In this document: piece after piece, positions 19,380 to 29,761 of the stretch
Layout of the letters: every line of letters begins with the position of its first letter
Numbering within the stretch: the stretch's first letter is position 1
Virus record (IMG/VR): IMGVR_UViG_3300037010_002464
DNA: 64,000 nt
Strand: one strand, 5' to 3'
Source: a virus
Notes under the pieces: model-generated
Database searches by the model: none
Told to the model about the DNA's origin: nothing
Seen by the model: the letters and a program-made list of their open reading frames with translations, nothing else
Translations under genes and position numbers: made by a program

Positions 19380-22300
19380 TTATAGCGAAGGTTGCTTGAT
19401 GGTGAAGCCATGCTGAGTGCCTGTCAAATTACGGTCGTCGACAATTTGGCAGAGGATGCCGTCATAGTTAACGCCGCCAGGCAGCGCTGGGTTGTTGCCG
19501 TAAAATGACTCGACGTATAACGTATGAGTGTTACCTTGAATGTCCCACCTGATGGTACCGAATGATGGGTCGCTGTAGTAGTACGGCCCAAAGAGCACCT
19601 CGCCCGACGGGTAGTGGGTCAACGTAACCATAGTAGTCCAGTCGCCGTTATCATACGTGCGTTCAAAGGCAGGCGCGCCCGCCGCATAGTACGTATAGGT
19701 CAAGTGGTAGTAGTCATTGCCGTTCTTACGAGCGATGACTCCGAGCTCAAGATCAGGTTGAACAAAGAACAGCGGCGTGATGTTGAAGTTAACAAACAGC
19801 GTGACATCGGGCGTTGATGTGCCCTTATCAAGGTAGACGCCGTAGCGCGTGTTGCCCACCTTTGAGGTGTCAACTTGAACTGTACCAGCGCCTGTTTCAA
19901 CAAGAGCTGTGTGGCTGTTGTTGCCGTACAGGTCAACCCAAGCACCGCCGTTGCTAGCACGAGAGCTGCCAATTGGTGACAGTGCTGAGGCGGTGAATGG
20001 GCTAGTAAGCGTTTGTACCAGCTGATTCAGCTGGCTCCGAGTGCCGACAAACAGGTCATCGATGCCCATGTCGCCGAAGGTAGTCGTGTTGCTGATCGTT
20101 ACGCTAACATACTCGTTGCCTGGGTGGTGGAAGCCGATGTAGTTCTGCAACCCGCTAGCTTGAGCCAAGCTATGCTTCAGCACGACCTCCTTAACCGTGC
20201 CCGTCGTGTCTGTCAACAAGAGCTTGACATAGCCGCCGTCACCGATGTCTGTTGTGTAGCAGCCAAATGCTGTAATTGGCGAGTCAAAGGTGAAGGTCGT
20301 TGGACCGCTAAGCGAGAGCCAACGTTGGCCTGCAACGGTAGTGTTACGTTGGCCTGTAGCCGACGAGCTAGCGATGACAGCTGAACCTGTAACCGTGCAG
20401 GTGATCAGCGAACCGTCGGCCTCATCGACAAAGTTGAGAACCAACGGGGTCGCCGACCCCGATGTGAAGCTTTCAAAAGTCTCTTCACGGAACTTGAAAT
20501 GCCTGTTACGCAGTGCGTTGCGCGCATCGCTAAACGTGCTCTGATCAGTAAAGACTTCGAACTTACCTTGAGTCAACAATGTTGTCTGGCGATAGATTAA
20601 CTGAGCGCCGCCGACAATGGCGTGACCCACACCCTTCAAGTTAGCCGCACCGTTACCCAGCGACTCGGCCACGATGTTTGCGCCGGCGCTGTCTGTTGCA
20701 ATTTGAAAGCGTAATGTCAGGAGATTATTGTATCGGTGATTGATGCCAAATGAACGAGGCACGTCCATCTTATGCCAGGTGTAAAGCTCCTCGCCTGCAT
20801 ATGCATCAGGGATATTAAAGCCGCTGGCGGGATCTTGCTCGCCGGCCGCTGACGAAACAGGGTAAGCACGGATCCACCGGGTTTGACCCTCAAATTCATA
20901 TGGGGTCTGAGCGGTGAAGGCTGCTGTCGGTAGGGTGTAAGCGCCGGTGTAACGCTGCGTGCCTCGAGTCAAACGCACGTCAGACAGGTAGTAGCTGAAG
21001 GTGCCTGTTCGGTCAGACTGACCAACGACAACGAGCGAGAAGTCAGGGTTCGAGTAGTTAACGCCGGTAACCGAGCCGGTTGCAACCTGCGCACCGTTAA
21101 CAAAGAAGGTCATGAACTGACCACCAGACCCGGCATTCAATGTAAATGCTACATGGTGGAACTGGCTATTAGCAACGGATATGCTGCCGATGAAGCGTTG
21201 ATTGAGCCAGGCTTCGAGCACTGTTTGACCTGGTGTCGTACTAGCATGAGCGTAGATGATGCCCATGCCTGGTGTGTAAGCCGAGCCTGTGCTGCTGGCA
21301 CCCTGGTTCCACGGCGTGCTGGTGTTACCATAGCCGTAGATCCAATACATGATGGCAGTTTTACCGTACGGCTCGGAAGCACCTACTTCAGGACGCACCC
21401 AAGCTTCAAGCGTGCCTACTTGCGATCGCAAGTAGAACATTGTCGGCCAAATCAGCTTGATGGCATGCTCACTGTTGTTCGGAGTCACGTGGAGCGATGA
21501 CGTGCCCCACTTTGAAGCATTAGTGCTCGCTGAACAGTTTGAACCTGTTGAGCTCCAGGTACCGCCTAAAGTGCCGCTGTTCGGGAACGCGGTTGCGCCG
21601 TCTGTTAGCCCGTCAAATGAGAACTGTACTAACGTACCTACGTTTGAATACGGCGTTGGCTCGCGCATCCAATGGCTAGCCGATGGGGAGAATTGGGTGT
21701 CTCGATAGATTAAACCGTCGGGTAGGAAAATGATCGGTGTTTCACTGTCATTGGTTAGTTGGTTTACACCTTCTACAATGTTTGTGGAATCTGAGTCAAA
21801 AATTTCAGGCGAAGGTACAGTGGGAATAATCGAGTTTGTTGATGAATAGCCAAAGCGCAAGCCATCAACAATAGCGGGATCGGTGTCAAAGGCAATCGAA
21901 CGGGCCCAACCCCCAAATGTAAACTTAGTGTAGCCTCCATCTGTATAGCTGTGCTGCACGTCGGGTGTACTTTGCAGTAATGTACCTGTACCGTTCAAGC
22001 CTGAGTAGACGCCTACAATTGTACCCATGAGCACAAACAGCGAGCATTCATTGATGAAGCCGTCAACTACATTGATGTACTTTGGGTCATTGCTAAGGTT
22101 CTGCAGCGCGGTCCAGCTGTAGATGCCTGGGTAGATGCCCTCGCCTGACTTGTAGTAAAAGTCAGGCGCAATCTCAGGGCCGTCAGAATAGCATGCACGA
22201 ACCCAGCTAGGAGCCTGCACGCCGTAAATGTGCGGGTACGGTGGTCCAGACGGTACTAGCGGGCCTGAAATGCCACGCGAATCTGTGCCATTGTTGAAGT

Positions 22301-23954
22301 AGTCGTCAACCAGGTTATCAACTGTCGGCAGCGCACCTGACAGCGGGATCGGGTAGCCATTGGTCAGGTTATCGACCATCATGTTCGGATCAGCGCTTGA
22401 GATAGTCAGCGAGTTGATCGTAGCGTTTTCGCTCTCAAGCCTGCAAAGCTTCCACTGGCAGTAGACATTGTCAACGTCAGGCAAGCTGCAAGTGCCTGTA
22501 GCAGGCAATGTTTTAGTGCCGACGCCAGCGATCAAAGTAACCGGAGAGGCTGATGCATAGTAGAACGAGATAGCACCTTTGGTGCTTGTGCTCGGCAACG
22601 CAATAGTCATGCTCGCCTGACCGGTCGCAACTTTCAGCGCCGTTTTGCCTAAGTTGAGCACCGCGCCTGACGGTGAGTCGAGCGTGCGAACGTTGAACTG
22701 GGCCGTGCCGCCGGTAGCCTTGGAGCGCACAGCTACCGCATTAGTAAAGACGGTGCCGGGGTACAAGCTATCGTAGAACGAGCCCACGCTGACAGGTGCA
22801 TAGGTGCCGGCAGAGGCATTAGCTCCTGGAATGAGGCCCTCAAAGTCCATGCCGTACTTAACACCGTCCCATTGAGACTGACTGCTTGTTGTCAACAAGC
22901 CGCCTAGCTCCCAGTTAAACGTGAGAATAGGAGCGTCAGGCAAGTCAGGCGGTGTGCCGAATTCCATGTGGTCAAAGAAGACCTCATTGTTGAAGCTGGC
23001 TTTGCCTGTTGTAACCTTAATCGAGCGAGCAACCCCCGAGAAGTAAAACACAGTTTGGTAGAACGCATTCAAGAGACCTGCCGCTACGCCGCTAGGTCCG
23101 GCGAGCAACGTGCCAGTGCCGTTAACACCCGAGTAGATGCTAATGATCGGCGTTGCGTTGCTTACTGAAAGGCAGGTCCACACCGACCAACGATCCTTGA
23201 AACCTGCAGGCACGTTGATGTAAGCTACGTTCTGGTCCTCAGGCGGTGAGGATGTGATGCACTGCGTCGGAGCGTTAACAAAGGAGCCTACGCCGTTATA
23301 GGGCAGCTTGATGCTGTCAAGCGTGCCGTATACCATGTCATCGAAGCCAACGAGCTGCTCGTTGCCAGCTGTGGTACCAGGCCCTTGTGTAACCGTGAAT
23401 CGAATCTCGTTGAACGGGTGGACATCGTTCGTGTAGCCGAAGAACAGCAGGGTTGCGTTGATCCCGCTGGTATCAGGGCCTACTTCAACGTTGAGGTCAA
23501 CTGGGAAGCCGTTGCTGTAGAAGCTGAGCTTGACCGTGCCGCCGGCCGCTCCTAGGTCGCCGAAGTCAGTTCCGTAGAAGCCAAAGGCTTGGGTGTGGCT
23601 AGTAAACTTTAGCGTGAACTCACCCGATGACTGCCACCACTTACCGTCTTCAAGCAGACCGCTACCTGAGTCAATGGTCGTGTTGAACCGACCTGGGAAG
23701 TCTTGCCCAACGGTCTTAATGCCTTGCACGTTGCCGTCAATCGGCGCGGCTTGTGTCAGCTGGCACGTGCTGCCGAAGAGGTAAAGCGTGAAGTCATCAG
23801 ACGGCCTGCTACCCGCAATTGAGAACTCAAAGGTCTCCACCTTGGAGGTGGCGAGAGCCGTCATGAACTCGGCTCGCTTAGCGGCTGCAAGGCTGGTAAC
23901 GGGGAACGTTCCGCCCGAGTTTGTATCTACGGCGTAGTAGGTAGTCGCGGTCAT
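19380..23954 (-). CDS. 1524-aa multidomain virion protein: repeated PEP-CTERM-like domains plus LamG
   Basis: Two AFG(F/C)Y.TD.GD domains; YINV..GF...YSG.NGTGTLL repeats; LamG TLEAWVR...HHVAFT...VRLTRG..RYTG; TAAATA 4 nt before the ATG. Confidence 0.65.
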   Translation of the reverse strand: MTATTYYAVDTNSGGTFPVTSLAAAKRAEFMTALATSKVETFEFSIAGSRPSDDFTLYLFGSTCQLTQAAPIDGNVQGIKTVGQDFPGRFNTTIDSGSGLLEDGKWWQSSGEFTLKFTSHTQAFGFYGTDFGDLGAAGGTVKLSFYSNGFPVDLNVEVGPDTSGINATLLFFGYTNDVHPFNEIRFTVTQGPGTTAGNEQLVGFDDMVYGTLDSIKLPYNGVGSFVNAPTQCITSSPPEDQNVAYINVPAGFKDRWSVWTCLSVSNATPIISIYSGVNGTGTLLAGPSGVAAGLLNAFYQTVFYFSGVARSIKVTTGKASFNNEVFFDHMEFGTPPDLPDAPILTFNWELGGLLTTSSQSQWDGVKYGMDFEGLIPGANASAGTYAPVSVGSFYDSLYPGTVFTNAVAVRSKATGGTAQFNVRTLDSPSGAVLNLGKTALKVATGQASMTIALPSTSTKGAISFYYASASPVTLIAGVGTKTLPATGTCSLPDVDNVYCQWKLCRLESENATINSLTISSADPNMMVDNLTNGYPIPLSGALPTVDNLVDDYFNNGTDSRGISGPLVPSGPPYPHIYGVQAPSWVRACYSDGPEIAPDFYYKSGEGIYPGIYSWTALQNLSNDPKYINVVDGFINECSLFVLMGTIVGVYSGLNGTGTLLQSTPDVQHSYTDGGYTKFTFGGWARSIAFDTDPAIVDGLRFGYSSTNSIIPTVPSPEIFDSDSTNIVEGVNQLTNDSETPIIFLPDGLIYRDTQFSPSASHWMREPTPYSNVGTLVQFSFDGLTDGATAFPNSGTLGGTWSSTGSNCSASTNASKWGTSSLHVTPNNSEHAIKLIWPTMFYLRSQVGTLEAWVRPEVGASEPYGKTAIMYWIYGYGNTSTPWNQGASSTGSAYTPGMGIIYAHASTTPGQTVLEAWLNQRFIGSISVANSQFHHVAFTLNAGSGGQFMTFFVNGAQVATGSVTGVNYSNPDFSLVVVGQSDRTGTFSYYLSDVRLTRGTQRYTGAYTLPTAAFTAQTPYEFEGQTRWIRAYPVSSAAGEQDPASGFNIPDAYAGEELYTWHKMDVPRSFGINHRYNNLLTLRFQIATDSAGANIVAESLGNGAANLKGVGHAIVGGAQLIYRQTTLLTQGKFEVFTDQSTFSDARNALRNRHFKFREETFESFTSGSATPLVLNFVDEADGSLITCTVTGSAVIASSSATGQRNTTVAGQRWLSLSGPTTFTFDSPITAFGCYTTDIGDGGYVKLLLTDTTGTVKEVVLKHSLAQASGLQNYIGFHHPGNEYVSVTISNTTTFGDMGIDDLFVGTRSQLNQLVQTLTSPFTASALSPIGSSRASNGGAWVDLYGNNSHTALVETGAGTVQVDTSKVGNTRYGVYLDKGTSTPDVTLFVNFNITPLFFVQPDLELGVIARKNGNDYYHLTYTYYAAGAPAFERTYDNGDWTTMVTLTHYPSGEVLFGPYYYSDPSFGTIRWDIQGNTHTLYVESFYGNNPALPGGVNYDGILCQIVDDRNLTGTQHGFTIKQPSL

Positions 23955-23982
23955 CGACTATTTACTACAGCCGATGGCCTGC

Positions 23983-24912
23983 TCAGAGAGTCAGCATGAG
24001 AGCTTGCTGAATGGTGACGCCCGAGTACACGCCGATGGAGTCGATGCACTTTGCGTCATTCGGGTTCAAGATCTCGACATAAGCTGTGTGCATGTTGGCA
24101 GAGCTGCCGATATTAGCGGACTGGCCTACTTGAGCGCCGTTCGCCATCGAGATAGTGGTTGACGCCGTGACATAGATTCCGATCTTGTTAGTGCCTGGCG
24201 TGAGCGGGAAGCGAGGCAGGTTGTTGTTGCCCGTCTCACCGACCTGCTTGATCTCAACGAGCCCGTCGGAAGCTACCGTTAGCTTTGTCTCAGACAATGA
24301 TGAACCGTACAAGCCGAACCGCACGTAGCTGGTGGCTGGGTTACCTGCGGTCTCGCTGTTTGTCGCGGTCATTGTAACGAAGTAAGGGAATGACGTGACG
24401 AAGGGCGTTCTAGAAGGCGTTGCATGACATTCCAGCAGCACAGGCAGGTTATCTATCGTCGCTGGGCCAAAGAGCGCCTTGTACATGACTTTCCCAGCGT
24501 TCTTGGCGTCACCTGTGGTTGTTACCCACTGTGACAGCCCAGTTACCACAGGGAAGGTAGTCAGGGTGCTGGTTGTCGGATCCGTGCCGTCAACCGAGTT
24601 GAACTGGTCATAAAGCAGTGCTGCTGGACCCACTGTTGAGATCGAGCATGAGGTTGACACGCACTTGTACCAGCCGTATGGGAAGCTGATGCCCCATGAC
24701 GGGCCAAAGACGCCGCCGATCTCAGTGCCGCCGTTATAGAACTCTTGGATCTGGTTTAGGTTGCCGGTTGCATCAGATGATGTGCCTGCAACCGGTCGTT
24801 CAGCATTAACCTGCCCGACATCATTGAAGATGAGCAAGCGGTATGGGATCGGCGGAATGTCGCCGGTTAGCTTCTTGACCCAGTAGGGGCCTAGCTTCTC
24901 CGGAGTTGTCAT
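23983..24912 (-). CDS. Virion-associated beta protein
   Basis: EFYNGGT..GG.FGPSWGISF resembles domain starts in the 1524-aa protein. Confidence 0.5.
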   Translation of the reverse strand: MTTPEKLGPYWVKKLTGDIPPIPYRLLIFNDVGQVNAERPVAGTSSDATGNLNQIQEFYNGGTEIGGVFGPSWGISFPYGWYKCVSTSCSISTVGPAALLYDQFNSVDGTDPTTSTLTTFPVVTGLSQWVTTTGDAKNAGKVMYKALFGPATIDNLPVLLECHATPSRTPFVTSFPYFVTMTATNSETAGNPATSYVRFGLYGSSLSETKLTVASDGLVEIKQVGETGNNNLPRFPLTPGTNKIGIYVTASTTISMANGAQVGQSANIGSSANMHTAYVEILNPNDAKCIDSIGVYSGVTIQQALMLTL

Positions 24913-25373
24913 ACGTGAACGACGGGAACGATGTCTCGATATGCTACAACGTTACGCATGTCGCCGGCAGCTGGGATAGCGATGACAGTCACCTTGGCTT
25001 CATTTGCACAGACAAGCTGCAACGTAAATGCACCGGTTGACGGGTCACTAACTGATGAGCCAACGACAGCGTTATTTGTTTGGCTGATTGCAATGACCGT
25101 GCGTGCAATGCCGGTACCCGCCCCGTTTTGTACGAAGCCGCGGAGCTCTTTAGTATTTGGGTACAGGTCAAAGGATGACCGATTGGCGTTATTGCCTAGA
25201 ACAAACTCTGGCCAACCTGTAGCTGTCCACAAGCTACCGCCAAAAGCGCCAGGGATTCGGTCAGTGTAGCCCTTTGTGAAGGCGCGTCCGATTGTTTGAA
25301 CAGCGCCAGCTTGCGTGACCTGCGCGGCGATTCGCTGGTCAAACGTTGTGCCGACATATGAAAGAGCTGCCAT
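24909..25373 (-). CDS. Small tail-associated protein (transthyretin/carboxypeptidase-regulatory-like beta sandwich)
   Basis: GFV.....IARTVIAI.......VGSSVSDPSTGAF. Confidence 0.5.
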   Translation of the reverse strand: MAALSYVGTTFDQRIAAQVTQAGAVQTIGRAFTKGYTDRIPGAFGGSLWTATGWPEFVLGNNANRSSFDLYPNTKELRGFVQNGAGTGIARTVIAISQTNNAVVGSSVSDPSTGAFTLQLVCANEAKVTVIAIPAAGDMRNVVAYRDIVPVVHV

Positions 25374-25376
25374 GGC

Positions 25377-26351
25377 TTACCAGGTATCGCTGATTTCAAT
25401 GAAGCACCGACCTGCTGTGCTGCCTGTGTACACAACAACGCAAAGCAGGGTCTTGCCAGCTACTACGCCGGTGCCGGTGATGATGTCGCCGTGCGAGCCG
25501 GCGAGAGACGAGATCGGAGCCCACATGCCTGGCATCCGCCCGCGCACGACATGGTAGCTGCTTGCCACAATCTCAGCAAGCTCAACCGACGTTAGTAAGA
25601 TGCCGCCTGTCAGTGGGTCGGGATACGTGTTTGACGAGCTAGACGCGCCCATCGTAGTTACGCTGGCATACTGGCCTGGAAGCCCCTTGTGGAACTTAAC
25701 GCCGCCCTGACCTTGGCCCAAGTAGCCACGGCAGATGTAGTGCCCGCTGGCTGCCGATGAGGAGATGCTGTTTGAGCAAGAGCCGAACTGTCCGGTACCG
25801 GCCGTTGTGTTCACAGGCCCGAAGATAGCCGTGTTGTATGTGTCGCCCGGACGGTAGCTAATGAAGTCACCGAAGAAGAACTGCCCGTTGCTCGAGTTTG
25901 TGGTGTTGGTCGAAGCCTCCCACGTAGTCGGGGTCGAGGTTGGCTCGATGAACATGTACATCGCGGTAGCCGATGTAATGATTACCCACGCACGAGCGGT
26001 AGCATCAGCGGTGCTGCTCTTCATGATCGGGTAGCCAGCCGCTTGCGAGAATGACGTGCCTAGGTCTTGTGAAAAATTATTGACTCCCACTGAGTCGCTT
26101 GACATCGTTTCATAGCCGTGGAAACGCGCTGGCGTAGCGTTTGAGTCATCCAGGCGCAGGTATCGTTGATTGCCGCCTGCAGTACGGTAAACAGCGATAT
26201 TGGTAGCGCTATACGGCTTGGTCCAACCAGAACCAGTAGACGAGCCATAGCCGCTAATGAGGACCGAATCTAGCAAGGCTAGAAGGCTACCGGTTGTGCC
26301 GGAAAGGGTCGGCGCACCTGCGTCGGACGAGCGATAAACGCGAACAGTCAT
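25377..26351 (-). CDS. Tail-fibre/structural protein, paralog 3 of 3
   Basis: Y.SSDAGAPTLSGTTGSLLALLD..L..GYG....GW...N.AVYR...R.YLR.DD. Confidence 0.7.
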   Translation of the reverse strand: MTVRVYRSSDAGAPTLSGTTGSLLALLDSVLISGYGSSTGSGWTKPYSATNIAVYRTAGGNQRYLRLDDSNATPARFHGYETMSSDSVGVNNFSQDLGTSFSQAAGYPIMKSSTADATARAWVIITSATAMYMFIEPTSTPTTWEASTNTTNSSNGQFFFGDFISYRPGDTYNTAIFGPVNTTAGTGQFGSCSNSISSSAASGHYICRGYLGQGQGGVKFHKGLPGQYASVTTMGASSSSNTYPDPLTGGILLTSVELAEIVASSYHVVRGRMPGMWAPISSLAGSHGDIITGTGVVAGKTLLCVVVYTGSTAGRCFIEISDTW

Positions 26352-26368
26352 ATGATCTCCTAAGCTAT

Positions 26369-27349
26369 TTACCAGGTATTGCTAGTCTCGAGAAAGGCTT
26401 TCCCGGTGACAGTTGTAGTTAGCGCGTTGTTGCGCGTGTAAGCGGTGACAACGAGATAGGTCTGTGAAGCGGTGCCATTGAACGTATCACCGTGGTTGAA
26501 GCCAGTCTGTTGCGGAGCCCACAAGCCAGGCAGGTAGCCGCGCGCCACAATTATGTCCGTGGCTAGGTTAGGATTTTGTTGCAACCCACGTTCAGAAATT
26601 TGAATCCGTTGCATCGTGATCATTCCAGAGACAGGATCAGGATACGATGTCACAAAGCCGTTCCACACGCCCAGGGCAAAGTCCGAGTAGTTATTGCTGG
26701 CAAGGTACCGCATGGCTGACTTATAGCAACCGATTGACCTCTTTAGCTGCAGGATGCCGCGGCAGATGTAGTGGCCAAGATGACCTGCAGCCGGTGAGCC
26801 GCTTGAGTTTAGCTGTGCAAAGTTACCCATGCCAGCGGTGCTCGAAGTTGAGCCGATGATCATTGTGTTGAACTGGTCACCAGAACGATAGCTAATAAAG
26901 TCACCAAAGAAGAACTGTCCGCATGATGAACCGGTTGTAGAACCTGCAGCCCACGCATTTCCAACCTCAGGGAAGAAGTAGAAGCAACGGTCATTACCCG
27001 CTAGGATCCAACCCGACGTGCCGCCGCTGGTCTTTCGCAAGTACAAGCCACCCGATACCTGCGCATCAGTTGGGAACTGGTTAAAGCCTGTGCTCAATCC
27101 GGTCATTGACTCAAAACCTACCACGCGTACAACTTGCGTGTCAGTATCGTCAACTCGGATGTAGTGCCTGTTACCGCCTGGTGCCCGGTAAACAGCAACA
27201 TTGGTACCTGAATAGTCCTTGGTCCAACCAAGGCCTGTTTTTGAACCGTACCCTGTGACCAAGCATGCGTCAAGCAGCGCGATGAACGAACCTGCGCTGC
27301 TTGTCAGAGTCGGCGCGGAGGCATCGCTGTCATAGAAAGTTGTTGCCAT
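26369..27349 (-). CDS. Tail-fibre/structural protein, paralog 2 of 3
   Basis: Same N-terminal motif; FFFGDFISYR; RGYLPGLWAP. Confidence 0.7.
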   Translation of the reverse strand: MATTFYDSDASAPTLTSSAGSFIALLDACLVTGYGSKTGLGWTKDYSGTNVAVYRAPGGNRHYIRVDDTDTQVVRVVGFESMTGLSTGFNQFPTDAQVSGGLYLRKTSGGTSGWILAGNDRCFYFFPEVGNAWAAGSTTGSSCGQFFFGDFISYRSGDQFNTMIIGSTSSTAGMGNFAQLNSSGSPAAGHLGHYICRGILQLKRSIGCYKSAMRYLASNNYSDFALGVWNGFVTSYPDPVSGMITMQRIQISERGLQQNPNLATDIIVARGYLPGLWAPQQTGFNHGDTFNGTASQTYLVVTAYTRNNALTTTVTGKAFLETSNTW

Positions 27350-28368
27350 TATGCGTACCAGTTATCCGTTAGTTCGATGATGAAAGGGGCAACACCGTTG
27401 CTGCTGGTATAGTAGAACGTAAGGCCTATAAACTGGCGACCTGCATACGCGCCTGTACCGTTCCAAATATAGCCTGAATTTTCAAGACCACCGTTGATAA
27501 CCGACGCAGCATATGTCAGGCCACCATAACCTCCTGGCAAACGGCCACGAATCAGCCATTGCACCAAATTGGTAGAATTTTCAGACTGCTCAGCAAGCTC
27601 AATGCCCACAATACCTACTTCGCCCGTACCCTGCTCAGGGAAACCCAAGAAGCCCGTAGAGTCAGGTGCCATGATAGTCATGCCGTTGACCATGCCGGTG
27701 ACTTGGCATGCACAAGGGTGAGAGATCTTAGCACCGTTGTAGTTGCGCGCCATCCAGTGATTGGACATCGTTGTCCCCCAGGTTGATTCAGAGCCTAAGC
27801 CTTGATACAGTGTATTTGTCAGGTTGGTCAGCAGGAAGCAATTGTACGTGTCCGTAGTCTGCTTGTGACTCTTGATCTCGCCAAAGAACCACATATCAAA
27901 CGCTTGGTTCAAGCCAGAACCGGTGATTTGTGTATAGACAGCCGACGAGCTAGCGCTGCCGCACATGAAGTAAAACGCGCGGTCATGAACGATGGCCATC
28001 CACGGGCGCGCGGTTGCGCTAACTGTTGAGCTTTTATTAACGGTCTGCCCGTTTGTTGCTTGAGCGACGCTTGGAAACGGATTCGTGCCATCATCCGTTG
28101 CGTCAGTCATTGTCTCATAGCCGCGCAGCTCGGCAAAGGCGGCTGTCACAAAAGTAGCTGAATCATCAACCATCAAGTAATAGCGGGTGCCGGTTGCTGC
28201 ACGATATGAAGCGGTGTTGGTACCTGCAAATGCTTTTGACCAGCCAGCGCCAGGCTGCGAGCCGTAACCGTTCACAAGCACAGCATCGAGCAGCGCGACA
28301 AGCGCGCCGGCGGTGCCGCTCAAGACCGGCGCTCCAGTATCTGTTGACTTATAAAGGCGAACTGTCAT
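27349..28368 (-). CDS. Tail-fibre/structural protein, paralog 1 of 3
   Basis: Same N-terminal motif; RGRLPG. Confidence 0.7.
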   Translation of the reverse strand: MTVRLYKSTDTGAPVLSGTAGALVALLDAVLVNGYGSQPGAGWSKAFAGTNTASYRAATGTRYYLMVDDSATFVTAAFAELRGYETMTDATDDGTNPFPSVAQATNGQTVNKSSTVSATARPWMAIVHDRAFYFMCGSASSSAVYTQITGSGLNQAFDMWFFGEIKSHKQTTDTYNCFLLTNLTNTLYQGLGSESTWGTTMSNHWMARNYNGAKISHPCACQVTGMVNGMTIMAPDSTGFLGFPEQGTGEVGIVGIELAEQSENSTNLVQWLIRGRLPGGYGGLTYAASVINGGLENSGYIWNGTGAYAGRQFIGLTFYYTSSNGVAPFIIELTDNWYA

Positions 28369-28529
28369 ACAGTAGGTGGTGTGTAGTTTGAGTTGGAAAA
28401 CTGCAGGATCAAGCTGTCACCGGCTTGAGGCGTATATGTCAGGCTGGTCTGCTTAAGCACCAAGTTGAGCGGCATGGTAGACAGCCGAAGTTCGGCTGAA
28501 ACTACAGCATTTGAAAAGCCATTGTTCAC
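28365..28529 (-). CDS. 54-aa structural peptide (below the ORF-track cutoff)
   Basis: GTGA and ATGA coupling at both ends; [18 protein letters not shown]. Confidence 0.6.
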   Translation of the reverse strand: MNNGFSNAVVSAELRLSTMPLNLVLKQTSLTYTPQAGDSLILQFSNSNYTPPTV

Positions 28530-29761
28530 GCTACGTCTCCTGTCACGTCCCAGGTATCTGAACCCACGTACATCGCTAGGATGACAGCGCCGCGGCGACC
28601 CGTCGCGCCCGCATACCCAACGGGGATGTTGAGCGTCACACCGCCTGCTGGTGAAAGCGTAATCTGACCTGTGCCGACTTGTCGAACGCTGATAAACTGC
28701 CCGAGCGTGAACGGCACGGTCGAGTTGAGTGGCACCGACACGATACCTGCACCTGACACATTGATGCGGATTAAGCCACCGGCGTCAGCAAGCAAGAAGC
28801 TCTCAGTTGTCGATGTAGAGTTCCGAAAGGCGATGGCTGTTGCCCCGCCTGCTGGACCGGTTGGGCCAGGACCTCCCATGCCGTTAGCGCCGGTCGGACC
28901 CGTCGGACCACCGAACGCTCCTGTTGGGCCAAGCGGGCCTGTTGGGCCGGTGACATTTGAAGCAGCGCCGGTTGGGCCGGTGACTGAGTCGCCGGTTGGG
29001 CCGGTGATGCTTAGGCCGTTAAGGCCGGTTGGACCTGCATTCCCGGTTGCGCCCTTAGCGCCAGTTGGGCCTGTCAAAGACGGTCCTGTTGGGCCGCGGG
29101 CGCCGGCAGGACCAGCCGGGCCTGTAGCCAGGATCGAGCCAGTGACCGAAACACCGAAGCCGAACAGGTTGCCCTCGATATCCCACTCGTTGGCACCTAC
29201 CTTCGTGACTGAGACCTTGCCGTAGCGTTGGCCGATCTGGAGGGTGCCGCCAGGCGAGTTGAGGGTAACCGAGCCGTTCTTTGGGGTGATAAATGTAGGG
29301 TCAGTGCCTACTTGCGACGCCACCACGGTCGTGCCGATGGGGAAGTTAACCGTTGCGTCATCAGGAATGACCAGCGATGCATTGACTCCACCTGTGCTGT
29401 TAAAGCGGAACAAGTAAGAGACATCCGTGATGACAAGCTCGTAGTTAACGGCCTTCGTGCGGATACGGGGCGACGACAAGTCAAAGTAGGTACCGCTGTC
29501 AACTACGGACGGGTATTCGATGGTGTCTCGGGTGGCGTTGTAACGTACAGGGCTCGAGCCGATAGGGATCCACGTGTCCCGGGCGGCGTTCATGATGTAG
29601 GCTACATCCTCCTCCAGGTCTGCAACGATCTGGCCACCGTAACGGCGAGGTGAAGTCAGGTAGTCGAGCCGCTCAGCCGTTGTCGCAAACGAGCTATCGA
29701 TGTCAATCGGAACTGAGTCCTGCCGCTTATACTGGAGCGGAAAGAGAGTAAGCGCAGCCAT
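28526..29761 (-). CDS. Collagen-like fibre protein, GPT repeats between two duplicated beta domains
   Basis: GPTG array; duplicated IP......F.IG......QVGT...VTLN...WD..G domain. Confidence 0.8.
   Translation of the reverse strand: MAALTLFPLQYKRQDSVPIDIDSSFATTAERLDYLTSPRRYGGQIVADLEEDVAYIMNAARDTWIPIGSSPVRYNATRDTIEYPSVVDSGTYFDLSSPRIRTKAVNYELVITDVSYLFRFNSTGGVNASLVIPDDATVNFPIGTTVVASQVGTDPTFITPKNGSVTLNSPGGTLQIGQRYGKVSVTKVGANEWDIEGNLFGFGVSVTGSILATGPAGPAGARGPTGPSLTGPTGAKGATGNAGPTGLNGLSITGPTGDSVTGPTGAASNVTGPTGPLGPTGAFGGPTGPTGANGMGGPGPTGPAGGATAIAFRNSTSTTESFLLADAGGLIRINVSGAGIVSVPLNSTVPFTLGQFISVRQVGTGQITLSPAGGVTLNIPVGYAGATGRRGAVILAMYVGSDTWDVTGDVA

Noticed and set aside
2495-28368. Diversity-generating retroelement or invertase shufflon acting on fibre genes
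   Set aside because: No reverse transcriptase, recombinase or near-identical TR/VR repeats seen in this window
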